DNA of 64,000 nt from Stegostoma tigrinum (taxonomy: Eukaryota): positions 1,550,001-1,614,000 of the forward strand of contig NC_081396.1 in assembly GCF_030684315.1 (NCBI RefSeq), read 5' to 3'. Position numbers and translations under genes: made by a program. The notes below the pieces were generated by a model. It had not been told where the DNA came from and did not search any database. It saw nothing but the letters and a program-made list of their open reading frames with translations. Of this stretch, positions 25,453-38,765 are shown piece by piece; positions within the stretch are counted from its first letter, which is position 1, and each line of letters begins with the position of its first letter.

Positions 25453-26148
25453 NTAGCTCCATTTGTTGAAAACCAAATCGCAAAGTTCAGCAGTTCCAAA
25501 ATATCTCTACTGCGATTTGTGTAGTTTACTGTTCTATATGAAATCACTCTTTATATCGGTTGCACAAATCATTCATGATCGGGAGCAGTGCATTTAATTG
25601 CGGCACGAATACTGCTGCAACCTTAGTTCCTGTTCATCAATGACCAAAATCGAGTTTGACACTATCGAGTGATCAGAATTCAAGATAATGTTCATTTCAA
25701 TTTTTATTCAGCAATCATCGAAGAGATGTTGCACTTGTATTGATTTTATTTTCGACCGATGTCGATGGATCAGTGAATATTACTGGACAAAATGGAGCTG
25801 GGAATTGTACTGAAATTTGGCATGAGTGGATCAATGTAATCTTACTGAGTAGAGGAGAATGTTCAAAGGTCCAAATGGCTGAGATCCAGCCGATACTTTG
25901 TCAGCATATGGAGAGATCTCTTACGTAATGGCCTGGAAAAGAAAAGGAGGTAAGAGACATTTGTCTGTCGCCTGGTTATTCTGTCAGAAATGGACCAGTT
26001 GAATCACTAGCCACAAATGAGAGATCATCAGCTCTGGCTTGAAGCAGTTCAGCTTCAATAACTTCGCTTTTTAATCTATTATGAGTTACGAGCACAAACA
26101 ATTCATTTTCAAATGCCATTGTTGAAACCCTCTATTCATTCTGAAAAC

Positions 26149-26646
26149 GTGTCACCTGTTACTGTTTTCTCATTTGTCATTGCTGCTGCTGACTTAGTTG
26201 GTACGTTTCTGCGATGAATAAAAATTCTCACTTGCAGGTAATACGCCTATTGCAATATTTCCTCTGGCAATATATCCCTGTGCTGCAGTATATGCCATAG
26301 ACATGCTAACATTGATTATAAGTTTCCGTTTAAGATGTTTTATTTTCATGTTTCTGTAGGTATTAAATGTGAACATTTAGTGTCACAGTGGGTGCTTACA
26401 CAGACACGGATTCTTGGAGATTTAGGTAGCATTCATTTCAGCTACTTTACAGCAATTGATTTATAATTTTACAGTTGTACCGACACGACCCGGGTAATTC
26501 TCCGAAATTCTTCATCTACTACAGGTTGTTGTAGCATGTGATATTGTCCTCCTCTGAGCAATTTAAAAAGCGTTGGGAGATTCACTACCAGTGACTTGCA
26601 GCTGTTTGACAGTGCAGTTTATTCCTGTGTGTTGAGAGACAGAGTG
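26149..26646 (+). pseudogene. TCR V pseudogene
   Basis: Leader 26149-26200 starting GTG (VSPVTVFSFVIAAADLV), donor GTACGT, acceptor tctgtag at 26359. Exon GIKCEHLVSQWVLTQTRILGDLGSIHFSY..*, frameshift, LYRHDPGNSPKFFIYYR...TSDLQLFDSAVYSCVLR. Heptamer CAGAGTG 26640-26646. Confidence 0.8.
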
Positions 26647-26767
26647 ACAGGAGCCAGATGGACCCGCAAAGATAAAGAATCACTGGTATAAACAACCCTC
26701 AACAGAAAGCAACTGTGACCCAGAAAGCTGCACCAGTTATTGCACGTCGTTTTGGCTTGATGCCATT

Positions 26768-27103
26768 CATTTATACATTAATGGGATGAGAGGCAACGCT
26801 GACTAACCAGCATTTATTGCTCGTCCCTAATTGCTCAGAAGGCAGCTGAGAGACAACCACATTGCTTTGGGTCTGGAGGTAAATGCCGGCTAGACCAGGT
26901 AAGGACGACAGCTTGTTTCTCCAAAGAAGATTAGTGAAACAAATAGAATTTGCCCTGACAATCGACTCATGGTCATCATTATATTCTTAATTCAGGATGA
27001 TTTATTCAATTCAAATTGCACCATCTGATGTGGTTGAATGTTATCTGGGTCTCTGGATTAATTGCCTAACTACAATACCATAATACCATGCTATTGCCTC
27101 TCC
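26768..27103 (-). mobile_element. SINE-like insertion splitting a V RSS
   Basis: Same family as 17870-18215; flanked by direct repeat ccatt (26763-26767 and 27104-27108). Confidence 0.75.
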
Positions 27104-27114
27104 CCATTACGGTG

Positions 27115-27418
27115 AGGCTCACTGCAAAGAAACAGACCATGATGTCAAAGGGTAGCAGCCCCACGATCTCCAATCGGTACAACCACTTTGACTGCTGAAC
27201 TATATCAGAATGCCACAGCTGAGCAAAATCCTTCTTCAGTTCAGCTGCAATGTTCATGCTTCTCCGGGCTGCAAACACTGGTCGTTGCCTTGGGTACTGA
27301 CAGTCCCAGAATAAGGAATAAAGATTGCCAGCTTAAGTGCAGCTGGGAGTGACATTTTCTGACTGTAGCTTTGTGAGCAAAGGATTCCGCTGAATAACAG
27401 AAAATGAATAGCTCTGAC
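27115..27418 (-). pseudogene. TCR alpha-like V pseudogene (one in-frame stop, second Cys lost)
   Basis: Acceptor gtgtgccag, then one frame: GQSYSFSVIQRNPLLTKLQSENVTPSCT*AGNLYSLFWDCQYPRQRPVFAARRSMNIAAELKKDFAQLWHSDIVQQSKWLYRLEIVGLLPFDIMVCFFAVS. Heptamer CACCGTA 27114-27108. Confidence 0.85.
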
Positions 27419-28985
27419 CTGGCACACAAAGTTAACAAAAGTGGAAGTTGTCAATGACATATGCATCTAATTTGAACTGCTGTTAAAAAAAAACAATCAC
27501 ATCCAGTGCGACATGATATCAAGAAGAAATTAGAGCATACAGTAATTAGTTCAGACAATTAATCTTTATATTCGTGATGGCAATCGATTGGAGAACTCCT
27601 TTCTTTGTTTCCCCCTTGATCTCATTTCTTTCTGCGTGTGCTTCTGTTCATCTCTCCTTCATCTTTTCCCCAATTTACCCTTCACGACTCAATTGTGTTG
27701 ACACTCCTTCTGCCAGTACAATACTTCATGAAAATACCACTGGCTTGTTTCAATTTTAGAAATACAGAAAATCACGGTTTTCTAAGTTTGAAACATTTTA
27801 CCACAATGAAGTTTTCTGAGATTAGTGCGAAAACGGTGAACTTCATCATTACTGCTGCCCTTCCAGGATATTTCGTTAAGTGTTAGAAATGTGTGGAATG
27901 TCAAATAACAGAGGGAGAGAAAAATAAATCTTCATGGAACTGGCCAAGACTGGTCTGATAGCACGTCCATCACAAAAGCATCCATAATCTCTGCTTCAGA
28001 TTGGTCTGGGGTCATTTCCATTCTTAGATTTCACTGTGTGCTTCTGACATTAAACTCACATTCCACGGAACTGCGAAAGTGCCCAGTAAATATAGATAGC
28101 CTGATCTTTCATAAACTGGTCAGTCTGATGTTTACTTGATCTGAGATATTTATCTAAGAAAAAGTTCGGAAGAAGGGCCATTAGACCCGAAAGGTTTCTT
28201 CCCTTTCATCTCCACAGATGCTGCCAAACTCACTGAGCTTTTACAACAACTGTTGGTTTGAAACTTAGTTTGTTGATGACTTCAGTTTTGATGAAAGCCC
28301 TTGTGGGGATACTCAATGTCATTTTTATTTTAGTGTCACGCACTTTGATTGAAACGCAGAGCGATGGAATGGATAGAATGTTTGGACTTCTAACTCAAAA
28401 GGGCGTCAACATACTGAGAAGTGCAGAGGTATTGGAGATGGTCAGCTCAAAATATAAAGGGATATTCTCTGTGAAGACTGTGCATTATTGATCGGGATTG
28501 TTCCTGGTAGCTGCATACATGAGAGCATTGAGGAGAGGTCTTAAAGTGCCATTTGACTTTCCATGGCTATATTTTTGGGACTCGTTTTCAAGGTCAGATT
28601 CATGTCTTTGCGAAGTATGATCATTTTACATTAACTGTGAATGTCTCAGCAATAGCGTTCCTTTGACGCAATCCAGTAAAGTGACTCCATTCCAAAGTTT
28701 CAGGAAACTGGCAGTGGTGATGTAGAAACGATGATTAATAGTGCACAGAAGCAGGGAAACCTCTTCAAAAGACAATTTAAAAGAAGCGATTGAGTAAATT
28801 TTAAAAATGCTAGTTGAAGGGCAAGTATGATTTGGAATAAAACAATATTGTTTAAGCAGTCGAATATTGTGATTTGGTCTGATTTCTGTGGGAGATCTTA
28901 TGACTGTCACTGTCTTTGCAAAATTATTGCTTCTGCTTATTGGTGTGCACCTAGCAGAGGAGACACCTGGGAATCTCAGAGTGTG

Positions 28986-29295
28986 CGTTTGGACATGATC
29001 AAAATATCCCTGCATCAGCACACGCTTAGTGGCAATGCCGGATAAAAGAGCCCCGAAATAACTTAAAGGAACCGTTATTGCAATATAAATCGGTAGAGAA
29101 ACATTTCGAAAAACCTAAAGATTTCACTTAAGCCCTCATGGTATGCATCATCAGGAAGTAGCTTGGAGCTTTCCTGGGATACTGGGCGTACCAGAACAGT
29201 GTTGGAGAAAATTCAGCTGTTGCGAAATGACTCTCTATTGTTGCATTCTGCACTTCCAAAACCGTTATTTCAGACGATTTGTGAGAAACCAACAC
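28986..29295 (-). pseudogene. TCR V pseudogene
   Basis: Acceptor tcctctttttcacag; VSHKSSEITVLEVQNATIESHFATAEFSPTLFWYAQYPRKAPSYFLM...*...KCFSTDL...ADAGIF*. Heptamer-like CACACTC 28985-28979, no nonamer. Confidence 0.75.
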
Positions 29296-29991
29296 CTGTG
29301 AAAAAGAGGAGAATGATTCAAAATCCAGAGAGAATAAATAATTCCTGAATGATGTGCTAACTGTGTCAACACTGAGTCGGCAGACTGGAAGAGAACTAAT
29401 ATGAGGAAAAGACATGGGCAACTCGTGAGGTTTGAGAAAGAGTTTAACAGAAAATTAGCCGGGACGATTTCCTTATGTTGTCTCTTCTACAACGATGCTG
29501 AGGTCTTATCGAGAAAGTTGATGGCAATTAAGAGGGAGAAGGCAGGCTACTCTGTTAGCATTGATGATTGATACATTCCAATCAAAGGCAGCTGCATAAA
29601 ATTACCCTCTCTCATTTCTTGTTCTCACTGATTTTTTTTTCAAGTTCACTTTCCTTTTGATTTCCATCAGTCACTTTTACAGAAAGGACATCTTTGTGCC
29701 ACTTCTTCCCACTTTTCTTGACAGTATGGAATTTTGAAAAATAAAAAAAGAGAAGAGTTTCAAACTTTTGAGACAAAAACAGATATTTTGCCCAAAATGT
29801 AGAACAACTAAATGCGTATTTGACAACCCGAAACAAAACAGAAACTGGTGGACAAGTACGACAGTTCTGGTAGCATCTGAGATGGGGAAGTAGAGTCAGT
29901 GGTGTTAGCCTCATGACCCTTCATCTGAATTGAAGAAGGAACATACCCGGTGAAAAAAGATCCAAAAGGAGACTGTCGCTTTCTCTTTTAG

Positions 29992-30271
29992 ATATAACAT
30001 AGAACATTACAGCACAGTACAGGCCCTTCAGCCCTCGATGTTGCGCCGACCTATGAAACCAATCTGAAGTCCATCTAGCCTACAGTATACTGTTCTCACC
30101 CACATGTTTATCCATCGACCATTTAAATGACTTTAAAGTTGTCGAGTCTACTACTGTTGCAGGAAGGGCACTGCACGCCCTTACTAATCTCTGAGCAAAG
30201 AATCTACCTCTGAAATCTGTCCTGTATCTATCAACCCTCAATTTAAACCTATTTCCCCTCGTGCTAGCCAT
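29992..30271 (-). mobile_element. CR1-type LINE 3' end
   Basis: ORF MASTRGNRFKLRVDRYRTDFRGRFFAQRLVRACSALPATVV, plus tail with (ttcta)-type repeats. Confidence 0.85.
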
Positions 30272-30753
30272 GACTTCTGAAAAGGCACTTACAGTTCCAA
30301 AATATACAGAATATCAAATATAAGGGCCCAAGGTTCTTCCCACTGACATTCCAGAAGAAATGTTACACTCAGGAAACACATTTGCATAACTGTAGAACCA
30401 GCTCGGTAAAGGGTTCAGGATTTTGGAATAGTGTTCAAGAAGAAAAGCGTTGGTTTCCTGTTGCAGTGAACGCTGAAATGTCCTGCAATTTGTTAACAAG
30501 CTGGTTTTTGTTACATTGAATCCCAACAGCCGCCCTGCGACCAACTCCGAAATATCGAAGGTGGGATCAGAACAGGTTGATACTTGATGATCAGAACTGT
30601 AACAAAGATTGAAAGTCTGCCCTTCATGCGTTAAAAACGTAATGTTTCAATCATTTCGGAGGGAAAAAACATATATACAATGAAAATAATATTAGTTTTT
30701 TTTTAAAGAATCAGCATTGACATTAATAAAAGATGCAAGCATGCAGATGCTCT

Positions 30754-30825
30754 TCCCTGATACTCTTGTGGTTAGATGTTAGCGCTTTCACTACTGCGAC
30801 CTGGGTTGAATTTCCGTTGTGGCAG
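30754..30825 (+). pseudogene. Decayed tRNA-Glu(TTC)-derived sequence
   Basis: tccctgatactcttgtggttagatgttagcgcTTTCActactgcgacctgggttgaatttccg resembles vertebrate tRNA-Glu (TCCCTGGTGGTCTAGTGG...GGCGCTTTCACCGCCGCGGCCCGGGTTCGATTCCCGG). Stems are damaged. Confidence 0.65.
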
Positions 30826-30859
30826 GAGAAGCTCTTGTTTTTGTCAAAAATGTTAAAAT

Positions 30860-31029
30860 GACCAGCAATTCCTTGGGAAAATGACAAATGCAAAAGCAGA
30901 GCTTGTCTGCTGGAATCAGTTAGGGTTTTACATCAGGGATGAAAGCATCACACAAGACAGTGTGATGTATTTGTCTGTTCCCAGGAATCATACACTCTTA
31001 AATACCGAACACAGAATGATACCAACCCC
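30860..31029 (+). pseudogene. Possible 3' remnant of a V segment with decayed 23-RSS
   Basis: DQQFLGK...LGFYIRDESITQDSVMYLSVPR, then TACACTC (30991-30997), 23 nt, ACCAACCCC (31021-31029). Confidence 0.4.
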
Positions 31030-31424
31030 GCTTCTCAGTGAAGCACATACGATTATGAGTGAGAATTACACCTTGCTTGTGTCAAATCGTTTTCCCCTTC
31101 TCGAATACTATTTGGCCATAGTGCATTACCCAGAATAATCGCACATTTAAGAAAGAGATGAGAAGGAATTTCATCTTCTGTTTGACAGTTGTAAATATGT
31201 GGAATTATTTCCAGTAGACGGCTGTTAGGTCCGTGTCACTCATTAAGCCAGCCTGTACTACCAGTTCCTAATTGCCCCGGAGGACTATTAAGAGTGACCG
31301 ATTTCTGTGAGTCGACATTTACATGTAGAGCAGTCATTTTTGCCTAAATGGCATGAGTGAACCAGGTGGATTTGTTTTTGTAGTCTTCTTTTTCACCTAT
31401 TGATTCACGATCATCATCAGACAC

Positions 31425-32283
31425 TTGATTACAAAATGTGGAGCTGGATGAACACAGCAGGCCAAGCAGCATCTTAGGAGCTCAAAAGCTGACGTTTCTG
31501 GCCAAGACCCTTCATCAGGAAAGGTGGATGGGGAGAGGGTTCTGAAATAAATAGGGAGAGAGGGGGAGGTGGACAAAAGATGCATAAAGGAGAAGATATG
31601 TGGAGAAGAGAGCATAGGTGGGGAGGTAGGGACGGGATAGCTCAGTCCGGGGAGGACAGACAGGTCAAGGGGCAGGATGATGTTAGCAGGCAGGAAATGG
31701 AGGTGCGGCTTAGTTGGGAGGAGGTGAGAGGAAGAATAGTTTCGCGAGGCGGGGATGAGCGGGACTGGTTTTGGGATGCAGTGGGGGGAGGGGAGATTTT
31801 GAAGCCTGTGAAACCCACATTGATGCCATTGGGCTGCAGGACTCCCAAGCGCAATATGAGTTGCTGTTCCTGCAGCCTACGGGTGGCATCATTATGGCAC
31901 TGCAGGAGGTCCAGGATGACATGTCGTTTAAGGAACGGGAGGGGACGTTGAAGTGGTTCGCGACTGGGAGGTGCAGTTGCTTATTGGAAACCAGGCGTAG
32001 GTGTTCTGCAAAGCGGCCCCCAATTGGCTTCCCCAATGTAGCCGTCTCCCCAGTGTAGAGGAAGCCACAACGGGTACAGTAGATGCAATATACCACATTG
32101 GCGAATGTGCAGGTGCACATCTGCTTGATGGGAAAAGTCATCTTGCGGCCTGGGATGGGGGTGAAGGAGGGGGTGAGGGGGCTAGTGTAGCACTTCCTGT
32201 GGTTGCAGAGGAAAGTGCTGGGAGGTGTGGTGGGTTTGGAGGGGAGTGTGGAGGGGACAAGGGAGTCACGGAGAGAGTGGATC
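31425..32283 (-). mobile_element. Penelope-like element 3' part with GIY-YIG and hammerhead core
   Basis: ORF 31710-32285(-) NVVYCIYCTRCGFLYTGET...RFAEH. CTGATGA-agggtcttggcca-GAAACGTC at 31518-31491. Confidence 0.9.
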
Positions 32284-35039
32284 ACGTATCAACGCACCTA
32301 ACCATAGACGAAACATCTGTCAGCTCGACTTCTGCCTGAATCGAGTACAAGTCTAAACTTTAAATACCAGTGAGCACTTCAGAGTCAACGTTCTAGATTC
32401 TTAAAGAAGTGAAAGTTGCCTTGACTGCCTCAGATCAGTCTGATACTTACCCTTCATTTTAGTCTGATTCTGCTTTCATGCAATTCACGAAGTTGGAGAC
32501 GGGATTTTCTTGCTTGTTTCCTTTCTATTCCAAGGAGCCACTGTGAATAGACGTTGGGTTTGGGAAATTGAAAGATACACATACGGATCTAGCCAGACTT
32601 TGTCATCTCCCCCTTCTCTATTGAAACATTGACTCGCTGATATTTATGGATCTGAGACAATTAAAGGATTATCATTCCTATACATCATAAAATCATACCT
32701 TATCTCGGCTTCAGAATGATGCGAAAGCTTAGCTGAGACATGGGAACAATAGTACAAATTGCAATCTTGCCAAATAGGATTTGGACAAACATTCACCTGA
32801 AAAAGAATCTGATATTTTATCTATTATGCCGTTGGCTGCGTCAAGACAAATAAAAATGGCTATATACCACAAGATTTTTGGTCTTAACGGTGACATGACC
32901 AGATCATTCACAAGGTTAGCAAGCAGGAATGATAATCACTATCACTGTTTCAATTCAACGGTTCCCCACATTTATAACAAAGTATTTTGCTGGCAAGGAA
33001 AAACACATTTGTCACGATGTGGTTGCTTCAGTATCACTTATTTCTCTGCTGGAACTTTCCATTGTCTTAGTCATGGTCACTCTGATATTTTCTTTACCAA
33101 TCCAGTCCTTTTCTGCATTGAATCAATGTCTCTTTGAGTGAAGACCCTGATGAAATTCAAGGAGAAGTTTCTGATCATTTCTAGACTGGAGTCTGAAATC
33201 AGACGAGTTGAATGGCACCTTTATTAGTGTCTCCTCTTCACTGGAGTTCAACCCCTCTAAAATATCCCTAAAATCATCAGCCTGTTCTGTCTATTCCTGT
33301 AGTCAATCGGCTGATGAACGTTAAACTATGACAGCTCTGCTTTCATAACATTGAAAGGCATCACAACAGTATTCAGTGGTCGAATTTACTGGAGTGGAAG
33401 AGAGACGTTTCTGGTGAATATGTTGTTGATGTGAAGAATAGGCACAAGAACGTGAATAAGTCAGGTCGCAAATGTCACTTCCAGTTGCACAGGTGTTCCA
33501 GAGAATTGAAGTCAGAGTTTGCATCATTCAGCCCTATACATAATTCGTCATCACGAAATAAAGTTTTAGTTCACTTCTGTGAGTTAACAAAATGAACATG
33601 AATTCCTGTTTACAATCAGCATGCACATCCCAAAAAGGATAATGACAGCAGATAGATAGAAAAAAAACTACCACTCACGATTCTGCACTCCAAGCCATTG
33701 ACCGTTCTGAGATGGAAATATGTCACTGTGCATTCAGTATTGCTGCGTCTAAATCCTGGAAATCCTACCCTAACGGCATCACTGTTGTACATAATTGACA
33801 AAGTGATCAAGTGTTCGAGAATGTAGCTCATCACCTCCAGCTCTACAGTAATTAGGAATGAACAGTGCTTCCTGACCAGGTGAGTAACGTCCATCTCCCA
33901 GAATTTTCTTTTGTTTTTCGTTGTTGTGTCCATCCAGAGACATAGAAAGATTTGGGAACAAGTTCAAAGGCAAATCAAGGGATTTAAACTAAACAACAGG
34001 CGTCGATGCCTGGAAGGCATGAGGCAGGAAATAAGTGTGGAACGAATTGCGCAGTCTCAATGTAGATATCAATTGTTCAGTTTTTATTGCTCACTGTTTA
34101 CACCGAATGAAACACCACTCCTGATCAATTAACCACAGCCACCCTCTTTCTCTAGTGAGGTCCCCATGTGTGCATTTAAATTGTTAATGGACCCAAAGAC
34201 GATTAGCACATCTCCTTTACGCTTTTAGCTTAGCACGTTAAAGTATCACTTTTAAACCAAAGCAAGATGATTCCTAGAAATATGCAGTTGTACAGCATAG
34301 TATTAGAATCAGCAGCCCAATCAGCACATGTCGAACATACACCCAAAATAAACCTCTCCCACATGACTGTGCTTGGCCCCTTTCCTTGCAAATATTTCTT
34401 ATACATGTTTAATGAACTTTCATTTACAGATTATTTCTTTACCTGCAGTTACCTACATTCATCTCCTCTGGAAGGTCATTCCCCTCATGAGCAATAGTTT
34501 CTATTTTAAAACACAATGCTCCCCGTTTCTTTTTGAAATCTTTGTCCTGTCGTCTTAAAATCCAGCTTGGTAATATAAATGGTAGGCCAGAAATGAACAC
34601 AGTAATCACAAGATTCTTCACCAAATATCTGCACAACCTTAAAATGATGTGCAAACTCTTATTCTCAAAGGTCTGCACACAGAAAATAACCGTGCGAAAC
34701 TCCGTGATAACGTGCTATCCATTGTTAATGCAGGCTTTAAATAAATATGCACCTGCTACCATAGATATCTTTACTCTACAAAGTTACTCAAATCTGTATT
34801 TTTGGATATAGGACTCCCGCCCTTGTTTGCTTTTCCAAAATGCAATATTCCCTATTTATTTAATGCACCTCCAGCTCCCACTCTTCAACCTGTTGATATA
34901 ACTGATCCAAATCTCTTTCTAATGTTAGATAACTTTCTTTAGTGTTCACTATACCAACATCCTTGAAATCAACCACAAATTGATTAAAGATGCCTTCTTT
35001 ATTCTCATATAAATTGTATAGACAGAGACGTTTTCCAAG

Positions 35040-35660
35040 TTGCTGAACGAGTCAGGAAGGCAGGTATCCCACGACACTGATAGCTTTAACAAGCACAACC
35101 TGGAAACTGCTGGATCTGTGCCTCACAATACACGTCACCTTCAACGACCGTATATTCAAATAATTCAACAGCACAATGGGATCCCAAATATCAGGACTCA
35201 TAATAGACGCGGTAATACAATGGTTTGAATAAACAGCGCACCCCACAAGATGACCAGCAGACTCCTCAGTCCCCTAGGCATCAGTATAGCTTATAAACAA
35301 ACGACCATCTTGTGACAGCTACTGGCGATTATAAAATATCCTATACCCATAATCAATAAAAGTAATGTAAGTTACAAAATAACATGCAAGGACTGAGAGA
35401 AATATTACATCGACCAAACAGGAAGAAAATTGACAATAAGGATGCAGGAACACTAAGAAACGACCAAGAAACATAGATAATTCTCATTGTTGTCAGTTCA
35501 CACACACAAAGAAGGACAAAAATTCGACTGGTGAAACATATCCTTAATAACACAAACTAAGCAGAGGCATGCCAGAAATTCCTGGAGGCCTGGTATTCGG
35601 ACCGGAACTCCATAAACAAGCATATTGAAATGGACCCAATATATAAACAACTGAATGCAA
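35040..35660 (+). mobile_element. Decayed Penelope-like fragment (second family)
   Basis: Similar to 43690-44100 (atgaccagcagactcctc...ggcatc...gaaattcctggaggcctggtattc...ccggaactccataaacaagcatattg). Confidence 0.7.
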
Positions 35661-35665
35661 TACAC

Positions 35666-35970
35666 GGCTTGGCACAGTGGCTCAGTGGTTCGCACTGCAG
35701 CTTCACAGTGCCAGGTGCCCGAGTTTGATTCCAGCCTCGGGCAACTGTCTGTGTGGAGTTTGCACATTCTCCCCATCCCTGCCAAAGGTTTTGTCTGCGT
35801 GCTGCAGCTTCCTCCCACAGTCCAAAGATGTGCAGTCTAGGTGGATTGGCCATGAGGAGTGTTCAGGGGTGTGTGGGTTATAGGGGGATCGGTCTGAGTG
35901 GGATGCCCCAAGAGACAGTGTGGACTTGTTGGGCTGAAGGGCCTGTTTTCACGCTGTAGGGAATGTAATC
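35666..35970 (+). mobile_element. tRNA-derived SINE (HE1-like shark SINE)
   Basis: A-box tggctcagtgg, B-box-like gagtttgattcc, core ctgtctgtgtggagtttgcacattctcccc and CR1-like tail tgggctgaagggcctgttt. Confidence 0.85.
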
Positions 35971-36689
35971 GATAACGGATATAATGCCAACCTCACCGGG
36001 ACTGAAGCTGGGCCGTGGCATGAAAAGCACCCAATCCTAACTGTCAATCACACTGGCAATTTGCCAGATCGTCTTGTAGCCTTTGCTGATTACATTGCTT
36101 TGACTTTCAATTGCACGACAGATTGGTTTCTTTCTGTGACCATGATTTTACTGCATGGAGAAAAAAAAATCATCAGCCCATCTTATCTGCATTGGTCATC
36201 AAAAATTCATCTATTCTAATGTCATTTTGTCATTTCTAATGCCGTTTCACGTAATGGCCTCAATTACATGTTTTCTGGAATATTTTAGTCACAAACTATG
36301 CAAAAATTGGACAGAAGTATGCCGTGAATTGATCCCCATTTTTAACCACAGAGGGAAACACACAGACTCATCTCCTGAGTGACATTTTCCTCAGGACTAG
36401 ATCTACTCTATTATCTTCAAATCAGCTCCCTGTCCACAGACACAAATTTCTTGGAAAACGCCTTCGCTAAACAAAGGAAATAGTTGTTTTGAACTGGGAA
36501 ATGAAATCAACAGTGAGTAGAAATAATCATACAATCTGCTATTGTGTAACTTTTGATTTCACAAAATCAGCGACTCATTAACTGTGTTTTCTTAGCGTGC
36601 TTACAAACCAACGTTTGGCAGGTATTCCTCACTGGAAGCAACTAATACACGACAAATTCTCAACAACTTTAGTGTTGCACGTCTTTCCG

Positions 36690-37485
36690 TTTCTGTCCTG
36701 ATCTCGTCTCCAGCTACCACTGCCCATTCAACTCTCAGTTTGGTGTGCTGAACAATTCAAAAATAGGCTGATATCGACTTTCCATGGTGTTACCATCATG
36801 GATCTTTCCACCATCAAAGTCCACTTTGTTACTACTGACCAGAAATTCAACAGCAATATCCAAATAAAAACAATGGCTAAGAAATCATGCCAGAGGCTAG
36901 GAATAATGCACGGAATGCCTCACGTCCTTACTCTCCAACTCCTGCCCACCGTTTACAAGGCACAAGTCAGGAATGTGATGGAACATTCCTGATGTGTGAA
37001 GTTTCCAATAATAAAATCAATAACCTTGGCACCATCCAGGAGAAAGCAATATACATGGTTGGCATTACATCCGCAAGTATCCAATCTTTCTGCCACAACA
37101 GTCACGAGAGCAACGAGAGCTGTCTATAAGAGGCACTGCAACAATTCGTCAAACATGCTCAGACAGCATTTTCGAAACATACGAATGCTTCCGTCTTTCT
37201 GGACTAGGAGAGGACTTACAAAGGAACACCAACAAAATCAAAGTCGCTCCCAAGCCACATAGCATACTAACTTGGAAATATATTGCCCTTCCTCACTGTT
37301 ACTGGATCATAATCCTGGAATTCATTCACTACTGACTTTCTGGATCAATCAATACCTGGTGAAATGCAACTGCTCAAAAAGGCAGCTTATCACAACCTTT
37401 TCAGGAACAAGAAGGGACAACAATAAATGTTGGCGAGCCAGCAGTGCCTGCAACACGCAAAAGCGACATGTTTTTAAAAAATAAA
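36690..37485 (+). mobile_element. Decayed LINE 3' fragment sharing its tail with the second SINE family
   Basis: QRLGIM...TVYKAQVRNVMEHS, tail gggacaacaataaatgttggc...ccagc. Confidence 0.7.
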
Positions 37486-37619
37486 GAGGAGGTTTCTTTG
37501 GCTATATCTGCTCAGTCTAAAGTTCGCCCTTCATTCTCCTCTGATTCCTGTCCCAAAACCTGTTTGTAAAATTGTGGCTCTTTGACTCCCGGAGCTGGCT
37601 CATTGTTGCACAGGCATTT

Positions 37620-38765
37620 AATTACCCTCTGGGTAACATCATCAGTGCAGACTCTGATGAATTGACGTTGTGTTTTCCCGCCTGTTGTTTAAACTATGGA
37701 GTGCGTTGAGATGTTTACCTCACTTCCAACTTTCCTTTGTAGTGGAATATCAATGCAAACTCTCTGCGTTTGCTGATGACTTTTTGGTGGGGTAATATGC
37801 TTCTACGAATTCCCGTGCATGTCTCTGTTTGCTTGTCCCAGCTTCTTGGGCATGTCCCAAACAAATTAATGGTTCTACTTATCAATGTAGGTAGAGATGA
37901 GTGGGTCAGACGAAAACTTGTGTCAGAGGATACCTAGTACTTGAATGACACCAGGACACACTCATCATGCTTCCTTACATCAAGAACCCATCTGAACTGA
38001 CCATAAGACCACTGGGCACTGAAGTAGATCACAAAGCCACATCAATCCTACGACAACAGCTCATCTGAACCAACAATACATTGCCCACAATGGACAGGGC
38101 CAATGTAATATACGAGATACCCTGCAGAGGCTATGGCAAACAAAATATCAGACAAACTGAAGGGAAGTTAACAACAAGGCTACACAAACATCGTTTGGTT
38201 GTAAAAAGATACGACAAATACACACACAACTATATCCAGATGGATATGGAGAACTATCATTTCAACTGCCGCAACACTAAGATTCTGGGACAAGCAAAGC
38301 AAAGTCAAGTACAGGAATTGCTAGAAGCCTGGTGCTACAGCAAGAAATCCATCAACAAATGCATTGGTCTCAACTCCTTATACAATTTACTGCGAAGGAA
38401 AACTGGAACTGAGATAAGGCAGCTTCAGAGAAGCAGGAAAGCTGACTTTTCAGGCATGGACCCTTCTTCAGAACCGAAACGTCAGCTTTCCTGCTCATCT
38501 GATGCTGCCTGGCCAGCTGTATTTATTCAGTTCTACAACTTGTTATCTCAGACTCCAATATTGGCAGTTTCCTACTGTCTCAGAATGAGATAATACAGCT
38601 CACCATGCTCCAGAGTTTAAACAACAGACAGGAACAAGCAACCGTGCTTCATCAGAGGCTGCACTGAATATGTTACCCAGCTGGGTAACGAAACATCTGC
38701 GGAACAATGAACCAACTCCGTGTGCCAAACAACAACAACACACCCAACCCGATCTACAGATCTAC
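37620..38765 (+). mobile_element. Penelope-like fragment with nested fold-back terminus
   Basis: ORF 38081 NVIYEIPCRGYGKQNIRQTEGKLTTRLHKH...ELLEAW. Nested unit at about 38425-38582; degenerate hammerheads at about 37620-37645(-) and 38664-38698(+). Confidence 0.75.

Noticed and set aside
28560-28950. Leader-like exon, donor, and SVPLTQSS on the plus strand
   Set aside because: The remainder is too decayed to anchor and there is no RSS; it needs an HMM.
32510-32600. Perfect heptamer CACTGTG followed by FGK
   Set aside because: No nonamer at 12 or 23 nt, and FGKL is not FGxG.
33460-33890. NVTSSCT...CHCAFS and a GTGAGT donor
   Set aside because: Cys spacing is too long and there is no Trp and no RSS.
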